Below, piece after piece: positions 1 to 11,200 of a stretch of DNA of 64,000 nucleotides. The translations under genes were made by a program, and so were the position numbers. Within the stretch, counting starts at the first letter, position 1. Every line of letters starts with the position of its first letter. Source of the stretch: Antechinus flavipes (taxonomy: Eukaryota); the NCBI RefSeq assembly GCF_016432865.1, contig NC_067402.1:90706001-90770000 (forward strand). Reading direction: 5' to 3'. A model generated the notes under the pieces. It ran no database searches and was not told the origin of the DNA. It saw only the letters and a program-made list of their open reading frames with translations.

Positions 1-740
1 CAGTTCTGTCCACGATATCCAAGTACTGTACAGCCCCATGGAGATCAGAAACAGAGCAGGTGGAAGGAAATCAAGGAGAACTCTAGAAGTCACTAGTGTC
101 TAGAGTGCTGGGGAGAATAAGCCAGTCCTGGAAACAAGAGTCAATTTACTGCGTTCATCCATCTAATGCTTCTTCACTGATCTGAGCCTTGGAAGAAGAC
201 CAAAGTATGTGAGGGAAAGAAAGAAGATGTGTGTGAGGAGGGAGGATGAAGGAGGTGGGTAAAGGAGTAGAGATGTGAACTGAGACTGTAGTACAGGAGG
301 GAAATACAAACAGGCTGAGTTGGGGAGATAAGGGGTGAAAACAAGTTTTTTGAATGCATGTTTTTGGTAGGTTCCATTTTAAGGGAGATAATGAAGAAAA
401 TGGAGTTTATCTGAATGGGGAGGATCAGGATAAGAAACCCTGACATGCAAAAGACAAAGGAACTGATTATTTCCTGGAGAAAAGATAACGCAAGGGAGAC
501 ACTGGTAGCTTTATATGGTTGAAGAATGATTACAAAAAAGGAGAATGATCTTGTTCTGGGTTATTCTGGGTGGCAAAGTTGTGGGATCATTGGTGGACAT
601 CAGAAGGAGTTGGTCTTGGGATCAAAGCGAGGAAGAAATGTCCAACAATAAAACAGATTATCTAAAAGGCAGTGATCTTTCCAGCCCTGGAGGAACTTAC
701 ACAGAGGTTGTTTCTGACCCTGAATGAGAGACTAGATTAG
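1..740 (+). mobile_element. Ancient L3/CR1-like LINE fragment in ABCB8 intron 9
   Basis: Segments such as ctggagaaaagataacgcaagggagacactggtagc resemble the degraded CR1/L3 ORF2 3' end. Recognition is by eye only. Confidence 0.35.
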
Positions 741-975
741 AAGATTGAGTTTTATGATTCTGCCTGGATAGGGCCTAGATGGGAGCTCTTCTGGAAAAAA
801 CTCGGGCTGCCAAGCTGAAAAGAAATATATGGCACTAACACAGTAAAGTACGACAAGATCCAGCTGGCTCTAAAAGGCCAGCTGCATGCGATGGATGTGT
901 GTGCTCCTGGGCACGGGACAAAACAGCAGAGGCTCTGGGCCCAAACATGCCGCGCCCCAGCCGGCCCTGGCTCAC

Positions 976-3900
976 CTCTGCACGGTCTGGGACGCCACCA
1001 GGAAAGACATGAGGTCCCCGCCTGACAGCTCTTGTCCTGCCACCAGGGAGCCGCCTATGAACAGCGTGCCTAGAACCATGCCTGCGTGGGGAACATAAAG
1101 GGAGAGGTCACTAGGGCAGAGGGGCTGGAGGTGGGCTCTGCTCCTAATTTGGGGCAAGTGACCCATCTTGACTGGATCTGTTTCCTTATCCGCCACACAA
1201 GGAACATCGCAAGTTCTCTGATCCTATGAGTAAAGAGACTGTCTCTGGATGCCCCCTGGGCCCCTTGCGTCTAATGGTTCCGGGACCACCCCATACCCAC
1301 TCCTGCCCTTAAGGCGTCACTCACAGTTGAGAGCGATGTTGGAGAGCCCCTGGAAGATGGCGATGCCTCTGCCCAGTTTCTCTGACAGCTCACACGACTT
1401 CTCCAGCTCCTCTCCATAGTGCCTGCCATGGGGCGAAGCTGGGTGTTGAGGGAAGACCCATCCCCCTCCGCCCGGCCCGCCCCCCACCCCTCCAGGACTC
1501 ACTGTTCCTCCCGTGGCTCCATGGCAAAGGCTCTCACGGTCCGTACGTTGCCCAGGGCCTCATCCGCCACACCTGTTGCCTTAGAGATCTGCAGAGAACC
1601 CAGGAATTAGCAAATGGGGGGGGGGGCTAATATTTAAAGTGGGTTATGGGGAGGCCAAAGGTAAAGGAAGCTGGGAGGATAGGAGTTAGGGAGAGTGAGG
1701 GCGGCACTGGTACCTGCTCCTGAGCCTGTCGAGAGAGCTTGCGGAGGAGGGCGCCCAGCAGGGAACCCGCCCCAACCAGGACAGGTGTGACCATCAACAA
1801 TATAACCGTGAGACGTGGGGACAGCACGCTCAGGGACACCAGGCAGCCCGCCATCTGGGTACAGCTGCGGAGGCCCTGAGGGGAAGGAGAGAACAACCAG
1901 GATCAGGGCCTCCGGCCAAAAGTCTTTATCAGGTCAAGGGGCGGCTGGCCCGCTGAGCTGATCAGAACGCTGCTCCCAAGGACGGGCCAATTAGTTAAGC
2001 TTCTCCAGTTGCAAGTCATGAGCTGCACCTAAAATTCTCTGCCGACTGCCCTGCAATCATCTGCCACTGGGCAAAAGAACTTGTTGATGGATACACAAGA
2101 AGATAAAGTGGTGAAAACCAGCCCCCTAAGTGGGAAACGACCCCATACGGTCTATGAATAGGGGTTCAGCCAAACCAACATCCCACTCGACTGCCAGCCC
2201 ACGTTTCCCGTGTCCCTCTCCGAGGTGCTAGCCACCAGACCAGGACGTGGTCCCTGCTGCAGAGCAGCGGGCAGTGGCCCTCGGGAGCTCACAGTATGGA
2301 ACATCACAGAGCCAGGGACCAGGAGACTCCCTGACATGCTAGGTCTAGAGAAGGGAGAAGGTGGGGAGAATCAGCAGAAGCTCCTGCTGCAGAAGAGCAG
2401 GGATGAGGAAAGCCAGTCCTCTCTGTTCCACCAGGTAGATTTCCTGGTGGTGGGATTTCAGAAGCAGTGAGGAGGAGTGTCCATATCCCTCAGTCTGTCC
2501 TTATTTCTGGTCTCTCCCCTTCCTTCCCCCCCAGATGACTTGTGATGTTACCCTTAGATCTGCCTAGCCTCCCTAAAAAAGGGCAATCAGGAGCCCCCTG
2601 ACCTGGGAGATGACAAGTTTGAAGGACGACTTGAATTCTTGCACATCAGCTGTTAGTCGTGCCACCAGCTGCCCTGTCTTTTTGGTGTCAAAGAAGCCAA
2701 TGTCCTGTCTGGAGGAAGGAGGGGGGGGTCACCCAGATGATCACATCCCACACTGATGTCCCAAGCACAGAACCCTGGGGCCTGGGCTCCATGATCAGCA
2801 GAGTACTCAGGCTCTCTTTTAAGGGATTGATGAGGGACACAGTAACAGAGTTGGAAGGGGATAGGTGAAGAGATCCTAGAGCAGGAAAGGATTCGAGAGG
2901 TTTCCTAGCTTGGTTGTTCCATCTCAGAGAGGTAAAGTTTTTATTTTAGACATGAGATAACCAAAGCAAAGGGAAAGATTATATAATTAATCAACACCAT
3001 GTAGCTAATAATACATGCCAGAGCCAGAATTAAAGCCCTGCTCTTCTGGATCCCAGTAAGTTCGTCTTTCCAGATCATGATACCTCTCATGTCTATAGTC
3101 TGGAGGAACTGCCTCTTTGGGCCAGAATTGTGATTATCAGAGCCTGGGAGAGGAAGAAAAGGCTTCGGCCCCAAGACTCAATTTGACAGAGATCCCTGGA
3201 GATCTATTTGCTATAAAATGGATACAGAAATATCAGAATCACAGTTTCTATATCATCTCCCCCCCAACTCCACCCCTACCATCACTAATTGTGTCCTTGA
3301 CTATCTCCCAAAGTCTACTCCCTTTACTCTCTGAGTGTCCTTAGGGAAGCAGACCTTTTCTCTCTTCCCAGGCCTGCTCTTCCACCCCAGCCCATAATCA
3401 CCCTTCCTTTCCCCCGGCATTACCGAAGCAGGCAGCCAAACAGTTGTTTCCGAATATCTTTGGCTATGCGTTCTCCAAGTCTTGACAACAGTACCAGGTA
3501 GCCAAAGGTCAGCACCCCCTAAGGAGAGTAATAAAAGAGATCCATAGAGTTCCACTGAGGCTTCCCTAACTGATTCTTGTCTAAACATAGCACTAGATCC
3601 CTCGCCATTTCCAACCCCCCCAAAATTGCCAGGACTTGAATTCCTATTTAAGGCAGTATACTATAAAATTGATAGATGATCATAAAAATTCCTCAGACTC
3701 TTCCCCACACACACTTCCTACCATAATACCTGGACAGTGTAGAGGGTGAGTAGATGAAGACCAAGGCTTCGGGCCTCCATCATGAAGTTCCCCAAATGAT
3801 CTTGGGTGTATTTCCCCACAATCTCCACCAACTGGCCCAGGAGCAGGGGAATTTGCACATTCACCAAGGCAGATCCCAATGCTAGCTGTGGTTGGGGAGG

Positions 3901-6260
3901 GGGAAAAGGAGGAGTTAGAAAAGGGGAATCTATACTTCGATAGCCTTAGCAATGATTGTCTCTTTAACCCTGTGATACCACTAGGTGGCTTCTGGGTATC
4001 CCTAATGCTTCCTCCTGCTCCATGCACAGCCCTTGCTCTCACTATTTCTATGGGAATCATATATACTGGACACCCTTCTTGAAAGACCTAATAAGGTTTT
4101 TAGCACTCCTCCCAAGTAACTGAAGTCCAGCCTTCCTGGACGAGACTCCTTACTCTATCGTTTCCCTTCCATTCCTTCAAAATGAGCTCATCCCTACCAT
4201 TCTCCCCGAACCTCTTTTGGAGTAATAGTGGTGGAATGTAATAGACTTATTTATCTTCTCTCTGGGCCACCCCCCTTCATATCTTCTTATGACCCTATCC
4301 CTGTCTGTGGCAAAGATGGAAGAATGTGGGGGATGGAGGGGGTGACCTCACCACAATGGCTGTCCCCAGGGCCAGCAAGTGGGGTCGCAGAAAGCACCAG
4401 AAGATAGACCAGTTGAAGCAGGGCTCCTGTGGTTGGGACTTGCATTCCACAGGGGGCAGCTCCTCCATCTCACACCGCCCCACAAGATAGAAGTGGCAGC
4501 CTTTGCTCCATATTATAGGACTCAAGAGTAGCCCCCCAACCCAGAGAGAGGATCCTTGACGGCTAGCTGGGGGGCTTCTGGGTAGGCACAGCCGGAGCCG
4601 GGCCAGAGCCCGCAGAATGTAGGAGCCAGTGTGACTCTCCAAATGCCTGTGAGGAGAAAGTGGTCTTAAATTAGTCAATTTATTAGGAGTACAGATTTGG
4701 TCTCTGCTGTGTCCCCAGCCCTGGGCTTAGCACTAGTGCTAGTTAGCACTTTGTGAGGATGAAAGAAGAGAAAGAGAAAATCTGGCCCCTTCCATCAAGG
4801 AGCATGAGAGAGAATCCCAACTGATGATAAAACACACACATATATGAACACAACTCAAGAATTTCAAGAGAGCCAATCATGTTCTCTTGTGTTCTCTCTC
4901 CCAATGCACTGCTCTTTCTGAGCATGTGGATGACTCTGTAGCCTTCAGCCTTTGGGCCCCCCATAATTTTAGAAGACCTTAGAGCTCAGTTACCTGAGTC
5001 ATAAAGTCCAACAGCACCTCAACTGAAGAAACTGAGGGCCAGAGAGATTGAGTGAGCTACATGACACCATACAACTAGAGTTAGTGACAGAACCTGACTG
5101 TCTCATGCTTTTCCCATCCTTCCCCATCGCTGTGGGCACTGAAAAGATAGCACAAAGAGGAAAAGGAAAAGACATATTTCCTTCTATTTTGTGGAAGAAG
5201 GAAAAAACCCTGATTTTAGAAAGCTGCATAATATTGTGGCAATGTACCTCAACTAAAGCCTCAAGACTTGGCTTCCTGTTTGAGCTTTGTCATTCCACTT
5301 AACATGTGATACCTGACAAGTCACTGGCCTTTGTGTCTCCATTCTCTCACTGGTCAAATGGGAATAATAAGAATACCAGCACAAGTATCTCACATGTTCT
5401 GGGAAGGTGGGAGATAATGGACTTGAGAGCACCTTGGGAAACACTATCACATGTGAAGGGCCCAGTAACTGTCACAGACTTGCATCCCTTCTTCCTTGCC
5501 AGTCCCCCGGGGTCCGGAAGGCCGGACTTAGGGTTCTGAGGGGCTTATACTGCCAAGGAGGGCAGAAGGGTGACTTTCTGGCATTTGAGCATCCCGCTCG
5601 CGCTTGTCCAATCCGATATTGTTGGCTTCTGGAAGCAGGCCACGTGCTGGCATGGCTCGCGGATTCCCGACTTAGCCAAGGCCACTTTTTCCTGGAGTTA
5701 CTTTTGTGTCGGGTCTCTCGGGATCTCCCTCATTGGGCTGCGGCGAGGGGCGAGTTAAATGACGTATGTGAGAAGCACAGGCCTCTGAACAAAGGCGAGG
5801 GGTTCTCCCGGGAGAAACGCTGCTGGTTCACCTTAGACCTACCCTTTGACCTAATGAGAACATTAATCCGGGAGCCGGGACAGATCCCCGAATGGGGACA
5901 ACGGAGGCCTGTTCTCGGAACACTTGGACTTCTGCCCCGGAGCGCCTTAGGCGCTGGGCTCCATAAAAGCAAAGGCAGACCAGTCTGCATCGGAGCCGTC
6001 AATAAATTATTAAGCACGCTCCCCGCGTAGATGACATTACACCCAGACCCGAGGGAGCCTACATCTCCCAGCAGCCTCGCGCGAAACCAGAACTACATTT
6101 CCCAGGGGGAGCCCTCGCGGAACCGGCGAGCCACTGGCCCGCTCCAAGCCGACGCTTCTTTTTACCTGACGGCCGTAAACGTTCGGGGCCGGAGCGGCAG
6201 TAGCAGGGCTCCCCGAACCGGGCAGCCCCGAGTCCCGACCCGAAATAAGTGAACCAACAT
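976..6260 (-). CDS. ABCB8: Mitochondrial ABC transporter ABCB8 (MITOSUR), 5' partial: coding exons 1-9; remaining exons lie left of position 1
   Basis: Exons (minus): 6260-6166, 4646-4352, 3885-3730, 3518-3424, 2708-2603, 1875-1714, 1588-1503, 1422-1325, 1081-976. All introns are GT-AG and phases are consistent (95,295,156,95,106,162,86,98,106 nt). Translation [12 protein letters not shown]...[18 protein letters not shown]...[42 protein letters not shown]...[35 protein letters not shown] matches mammalian ABCB8 N-terminus and TMD as I recall it. Confidence 0.96.
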
Positions 6261-6760
6261 GTTGGAGCGGGAGAATGGAAGCAGCCGGCAGTGGCGGTTT
6301 CACCCTTGTCCCGCTGAAGGCGCCATGTTGATTCAGCCCCCTTCCCGACGAGCCTCACGAGGCTCAGCTAGGATTGGTGGAAAGGTCTCGACCTCCACCC
6401 TTCTGAGTTATGATTGGAGCAAATCTCTCAGACCGTATCTGCCCAGAGCTGTGACTGGACAATCGGTTGGAGCCCTTCCCCCTCTAAGACTCGGAAAAGG
6501 CTCCAGGCTCCCTTAGCACTCCCCCTCGGGGGCGGAGCCAGGAGAAGGATGGGGCGGGGCGAAGGGATGACCCGAGGGCTCAGGGTTAGTCACCGGCACT
6601 CTTCGGGTAGCCAAGGTGTGGGTGTGGGCGTGGCGTGACGGGGCCGCGTCAATGTCCAGATCCTGTCAGAGATCAGAAAGGGCCCAAGAAGGGGGCGGGG
6701 AAGTGATGGGCAGACGTAGGTGGAGCCCCAGCCGACCTGACCTCTACACCTTGATTTGAG
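5570..6760. promoter_or_regulatory. CpG-island promoter of ABCB8 (head-to-head with ATG9B)
   Basis: CpG-rich around ABCB8 exon 1. CCAAT boxes on minus at 6373-6377 and 6413-6417, YY1-like CGCCATGTT at 6321-6329, GC boxes near 6530-6560 and 6690, ACTACA..TCCCA motifs at 6058-6119. Confidence 0.8.
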
Positions 6761-8205
6761 CTGTCAAGAAATTGGGGACGGGGTGGAGAAAGCTGTCCTG
6801 TCCTTAGACCCACACTTTGGGCTTATTTACTGATTTTTACAATGTGTTTACTTATTATTAATAATATAAATAGGCTTATTTAATAATAAATAATAATTGA
6901 TCATGGAAGGGAAGGGGATCAGGAAAAGTGAGGAGGGGGATTCGGGGGAGTTGGGGTCACAGGGGAGGGGAAGTTTTGGGTAGTGTGGGGAAGGAGAGGT
7001 TCTTGGGGTGCAGCAGGGATTCTCAGGGGAGGAAGGGTTGGGATGAGCAGGGAGGAGAAGGAAGGGGTCTGGGTCTTCTGGAGAATTCCTATGGAGGGGA
7101 GTTCTTAGAGAAGCCGGCAAGGAGGGATTGCAACAAAGAGGGAACTCCGAGGGTGAGTTAGGGAGGCATTCCTGAGCTGATGAGGGGAGGGGCGAGTGAG
7201 GAGCTTTAGGGTGTCGCTACACTTTGTCCCGGAAGCTTCCGAGCAAGCCTAGGTTACATGTATGTAGTTCAGCCGCCGAGAACTGCCCCAACTCAGTCTA
7301 GTGATAGAGTGCATCACTCAGTTACAGTTTCCCATCGGTTGGATTCATCCTGGGCAAGTGTGGGTTAGAGTTTGGGGTTAGCACCTGTATGTCCTTGACC
7401 CACAGCCTCCTCATCTAAACGGATAGTTTGGACTAGAAAATCTTTTAAGGTTATTTTAAACTCTAAATTCTGTTGTCCTTTCCCGTCCCCGTCCCCAGTC
7501 TGTTAGACCCAAGTCCACATTGTGCAGCCCGCCATTTAGCTGGTCCTCCAGGAACCAGAGAACCTGTGCTTGTCTTACATCTCGCAGGGCACCGGGCCTC
7601 TTGTAGTTCCGTGGCCCTGGGTGGCTGAGTCAGCACCTGAGGGATGGGTCTGAAAGAGGAGGCTGAGGGCCCGAGGGCCTGTCCTGAGGAGTCAGCTCTG
7701 TAGGAATGAGGCTGGACAGGCTTGCCTCCCAGGTCCCCCTCGGGATGGAAGGCCAGCAAGCTCCCTGCTCAGCGCTGCCGTCCTGTTCTGTATCTCCCCT
7801 TGGGATTCTGAGACGTGCCCTCCAAACGGAGCAGTCTCTTCTCCTCCCCAGTTCCCCCGAGTTTGCTTCTTGGAAGTCCCGAGGAACTGTTTCAACACGA
7901 CTGAGTCCGATATGGGGAAGAGGCAGAATGCCATGAGGCAGGGCCCCGGGAGAGGTGCAGGGGGCAGCGGGGTCTGTTTGAACATTGTCCAGCTGGTGGG
8001 AGAGAGAAGGAATCCAGAGGCTCGGGAGACCTGATGGCTCCCCCAGGAGTCTTGGGAGGGGCCATGAGTGGTCAAACAGGTGCTTGGGAGTCAGGACGCC
8101 CGGGGCCTGCTTATGGCTGAGTCACTCTGTTGTTGTCGTTCGAAGAACCACAAGCTCTGCTCCCCAGAAAACAACAGCAGTGTTTCTGTTGGAGGAACCA
8201 GCCCG

Positions 8206-11200
8206 ATGGTGAGACGGATGGGATGGGGGGGGACAAAGGGGCAGCAAGAAAGATGGGGGGAGCTGGGGCCAGGAGCTACATTATTATCCCCTTTGCTCCC
8301 TCCTCCTCGATGTCTGGGGCCTGGAAGGGGCAGGATCTCTGTCTTTTCTATGTCTCCAACTCCCTACACAAGAAGCTCTCCTTCCCCATTTCTTGCTTCC
8401 ATCCCGAGGCCCCTTAGCCCAGCCAGGACTTCTGGGGTAACTCAGCCCCACAGCACTGACCTCCAGGCCCCAGAAACCTCTTCACCTCATGGGGAGTCTT
8501 CTGGGACCCCTTGCTCTGCTCCATCTGGCCTAAGATCCTACTCCACCCCATGCCTGGCCTCGGTGACTCCCCTTCCCTCACAGTGGTCTCTCCAGGCTTC
8601 CTCCGGGCTGCGGATGGGCCCCCTAATCCCAGAACAGGATTACGAGCGACTGGAAGACTGTGACCCTGAAAGGGACTGTGACAACAGCCAAGACTCCCCC
8701 CTCCCAGGGGATGACCAGGAACCCCTGCTCCATGTGCCAGAGGGGCTCAGGGGTGAGTGGGGATCCAGGGAGCACAGTTGAAACAGATTCTGGTGTGGAG
8801 CGGGAGACAGCAGAGAGGGAGGGGCACAAGTAGCAGTCCCCACATTTAGAAAGTTCGAGGGGGCAGGGGCATGAAGCCAAAGGGTTAGAGGTGACAGGCT
8901 AAGGGACTGGAGACCACCCGAATGACGGCTTAGACTTCTGCATGTAGAGTTCCTTCTCTTACATTTACTAGCCGGGTGCTCCTGGGTAAGAAACTTCATT
9001 TCACAGTGTTGGTCTCCTCTGCTGCTGAGACACAGGGTGAGTGTGAGGATTGTAAAAAGAAATGGGAGTGATTGTCTTCCCTGCCTTTTTTCCATCCAGG
9101 CTCTTGGCATCACATCCAAAACTTGGACAGCTTCTTCACCAAGATATCTTGTGTGCCCGGTGTTGAGGGCAGCTGTAGTGGGCAGCTGTGAGATGGCAGG
9201 GCTGAGGGCGAAGACTGGGACATTCCTTGGAAAGGAATGGGGGCCTGAGAACTGGCAGGGGCTGGACTTTAGGAATGAATAGTCTGGTTGGAGGTACTCA
9301 AAGGGAGGGGGTTCAGTGGGCACTGGGGTTGGGGGAGATCTTTGATGACTCGGTCTTATTCCTTGATAAGTTTGGTACCTCTACAATTACCATCAGCGGA
9401 ATGGCTTTGCCTGTATGTTTCTGGAGGATGCCTTCCAGTTAGGGTAAGTCCTTTATATTTAGTTCCCGTCTTCATCCCCGCAGTCCCTCTTCTCACCTCC
9501 CCATGTAGCCGCCACTTCCTTTCCCTCTCTCCTTTCCCATCCCTCAGCAAGCCTGGCAGGCCTGGGATGGTTCCCCTGGGATCTGTTGGCCTGACCCCAG
9601 GCTCTGCTCCCAAGCCCCGTCACCCTGGGATGCCTCTGGTCCTGCCTTCATCCTTATCCCACTCCACCCACAGACAGTTCGTTTTCATTGTTGCCTTCAC
9701 TACTTTCCTGCTCCGCTGCGTCGATTATGATGTTCTCTTTGCCAACCGGCCTGTTAACCACACGCGGCCTGGAGCCCCTGGCTCCCACCAGACCCCTGGC
9801 GTCCTTCCCAGCAAGGTGACCCTGTCTGATGCTATCCTGCCTGCTGCCCAGTGTGCCCAGCGGTGAGTGAGAGCAGAGAAGGGGTGAGGGCAGCGGGGCT
9901 TGGGAGCCTGGATGGTTCCGGGATGGAGATCAGAGACACTGTCACCCCTCCTCATCCTCTGTTCCAGCTACAGCCGAAGCGCAGGCAAGGATGAGCAGAG
10001 GGCTAGGGGAGTAAGGCTGAACAGAGACAGTCAGACTGGTGAGAGGGAAGGGACCCGGGAATCTCACCTGTTCTGTCCCTGTCTCAGTCCTCTGAGCCAG
10101 GTCCTCCTCCTGGACCCATGTCTAATCCTGGCCCATTTGTCTAATCTGCTCTTTCCTCTATCCCTACCCCATGCCCTTTGATTATGGGCTTACTAGTTCT
10201 GCTATGTACCCTAACTCTAATCTCTTTAGGTAATGAAACCCTAATCCAGGCCACCAATCTGTCTGTTTAATACAGGGTACGTTCCAGCTCGCTCCTGATC
10301 TTCCTTTTGTTCCTGGCCACTGGGTTTTGGCTATTCCGTCTTCTACGATCCCTCTGCAACCTTCTGAACTATTGGGATATCCGAACATTTTACAGAGAAG
10401 CCCTGCACATCCCCCCTGTGAGTTGGAGGTCGCAGGGTGCTGTGAAAATAGGTCAAATTGGAGTTAGAGAGGGGAAGAAGAGAACACGATAATAGGTCAA
10501 AGCAGAAGCTGAGGGAAACCGTTTTCCACCAGCATCCAGAGGTCTGAGACATGAAGGTTGAGAATAAGGATATTTTCAAGTTATCAGATCTTCCTTGACA
10601 TCTACTATACGCTTGGCTTTGTGGGAGACAGGAATGATAAGACATGGGGCTTGCCTTTGGAGAGCTCACAATCGAGGTGAACAAACAAGACTGGTACCTG
10701 TGTCTCAGGACACCAGATAATGCCAGATGGCTTATAATCACATCTATACGGTGCAGACATCAGGAGCTCTATAAAAGGAAGGAACAGATAGGCAGAAAGA
10801 ATAGTTTGAAAAGAAGAGGAATGGTTGGATAGAATTTGGATAGAAAGGTTACCTTTTTGCAACTTCTGTTCATTTCTCCTCTTTCTGCCCTCTGGGGTCA
10901 ATCATATCCACATCTGGATTCATAGAATCACAGAATGTTGGACCTGGAAGAAGTGTTAGAAGTCACCTAGACTCAGCTTCTTACTTTACAGGTAGGGCAT
11001 TTGGGGCCCATGAAGAAGAGAGGTTTGCCTAAGGTCTGATAAATCCTAGAATTAGGAATCGGTCCTCAATACTGCCCTGTATTATCTGGCTCTCCTAAGT
11101 AGACAGTAGGTTTGGAGCTGGAAAAGGTCTGAGTTTAAGGCCTGCCTTGGACATGCACTGTGTTCTCATGGGCAAGTCACTTGATCTCTCCATGTACCCA

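Noticed and set aside
1-975. Search for ABCB8 exon 10 (SMANLSVLFGQ)
   Set aside because: No matching sequence found; it presumably lies left of the window.
5407-6030. 207-aa plus-strand ORF in ABCB8 intron 1
   Set aside because: No homology recognised and it lies in a GC-rich promoter flank.
6846-7200. AT-rich patch followed by a degenerate G-rich tract between ABCB8 and ATG9B
   Set aside because: Low-complexity sequence with no clear unit or recognisable element.
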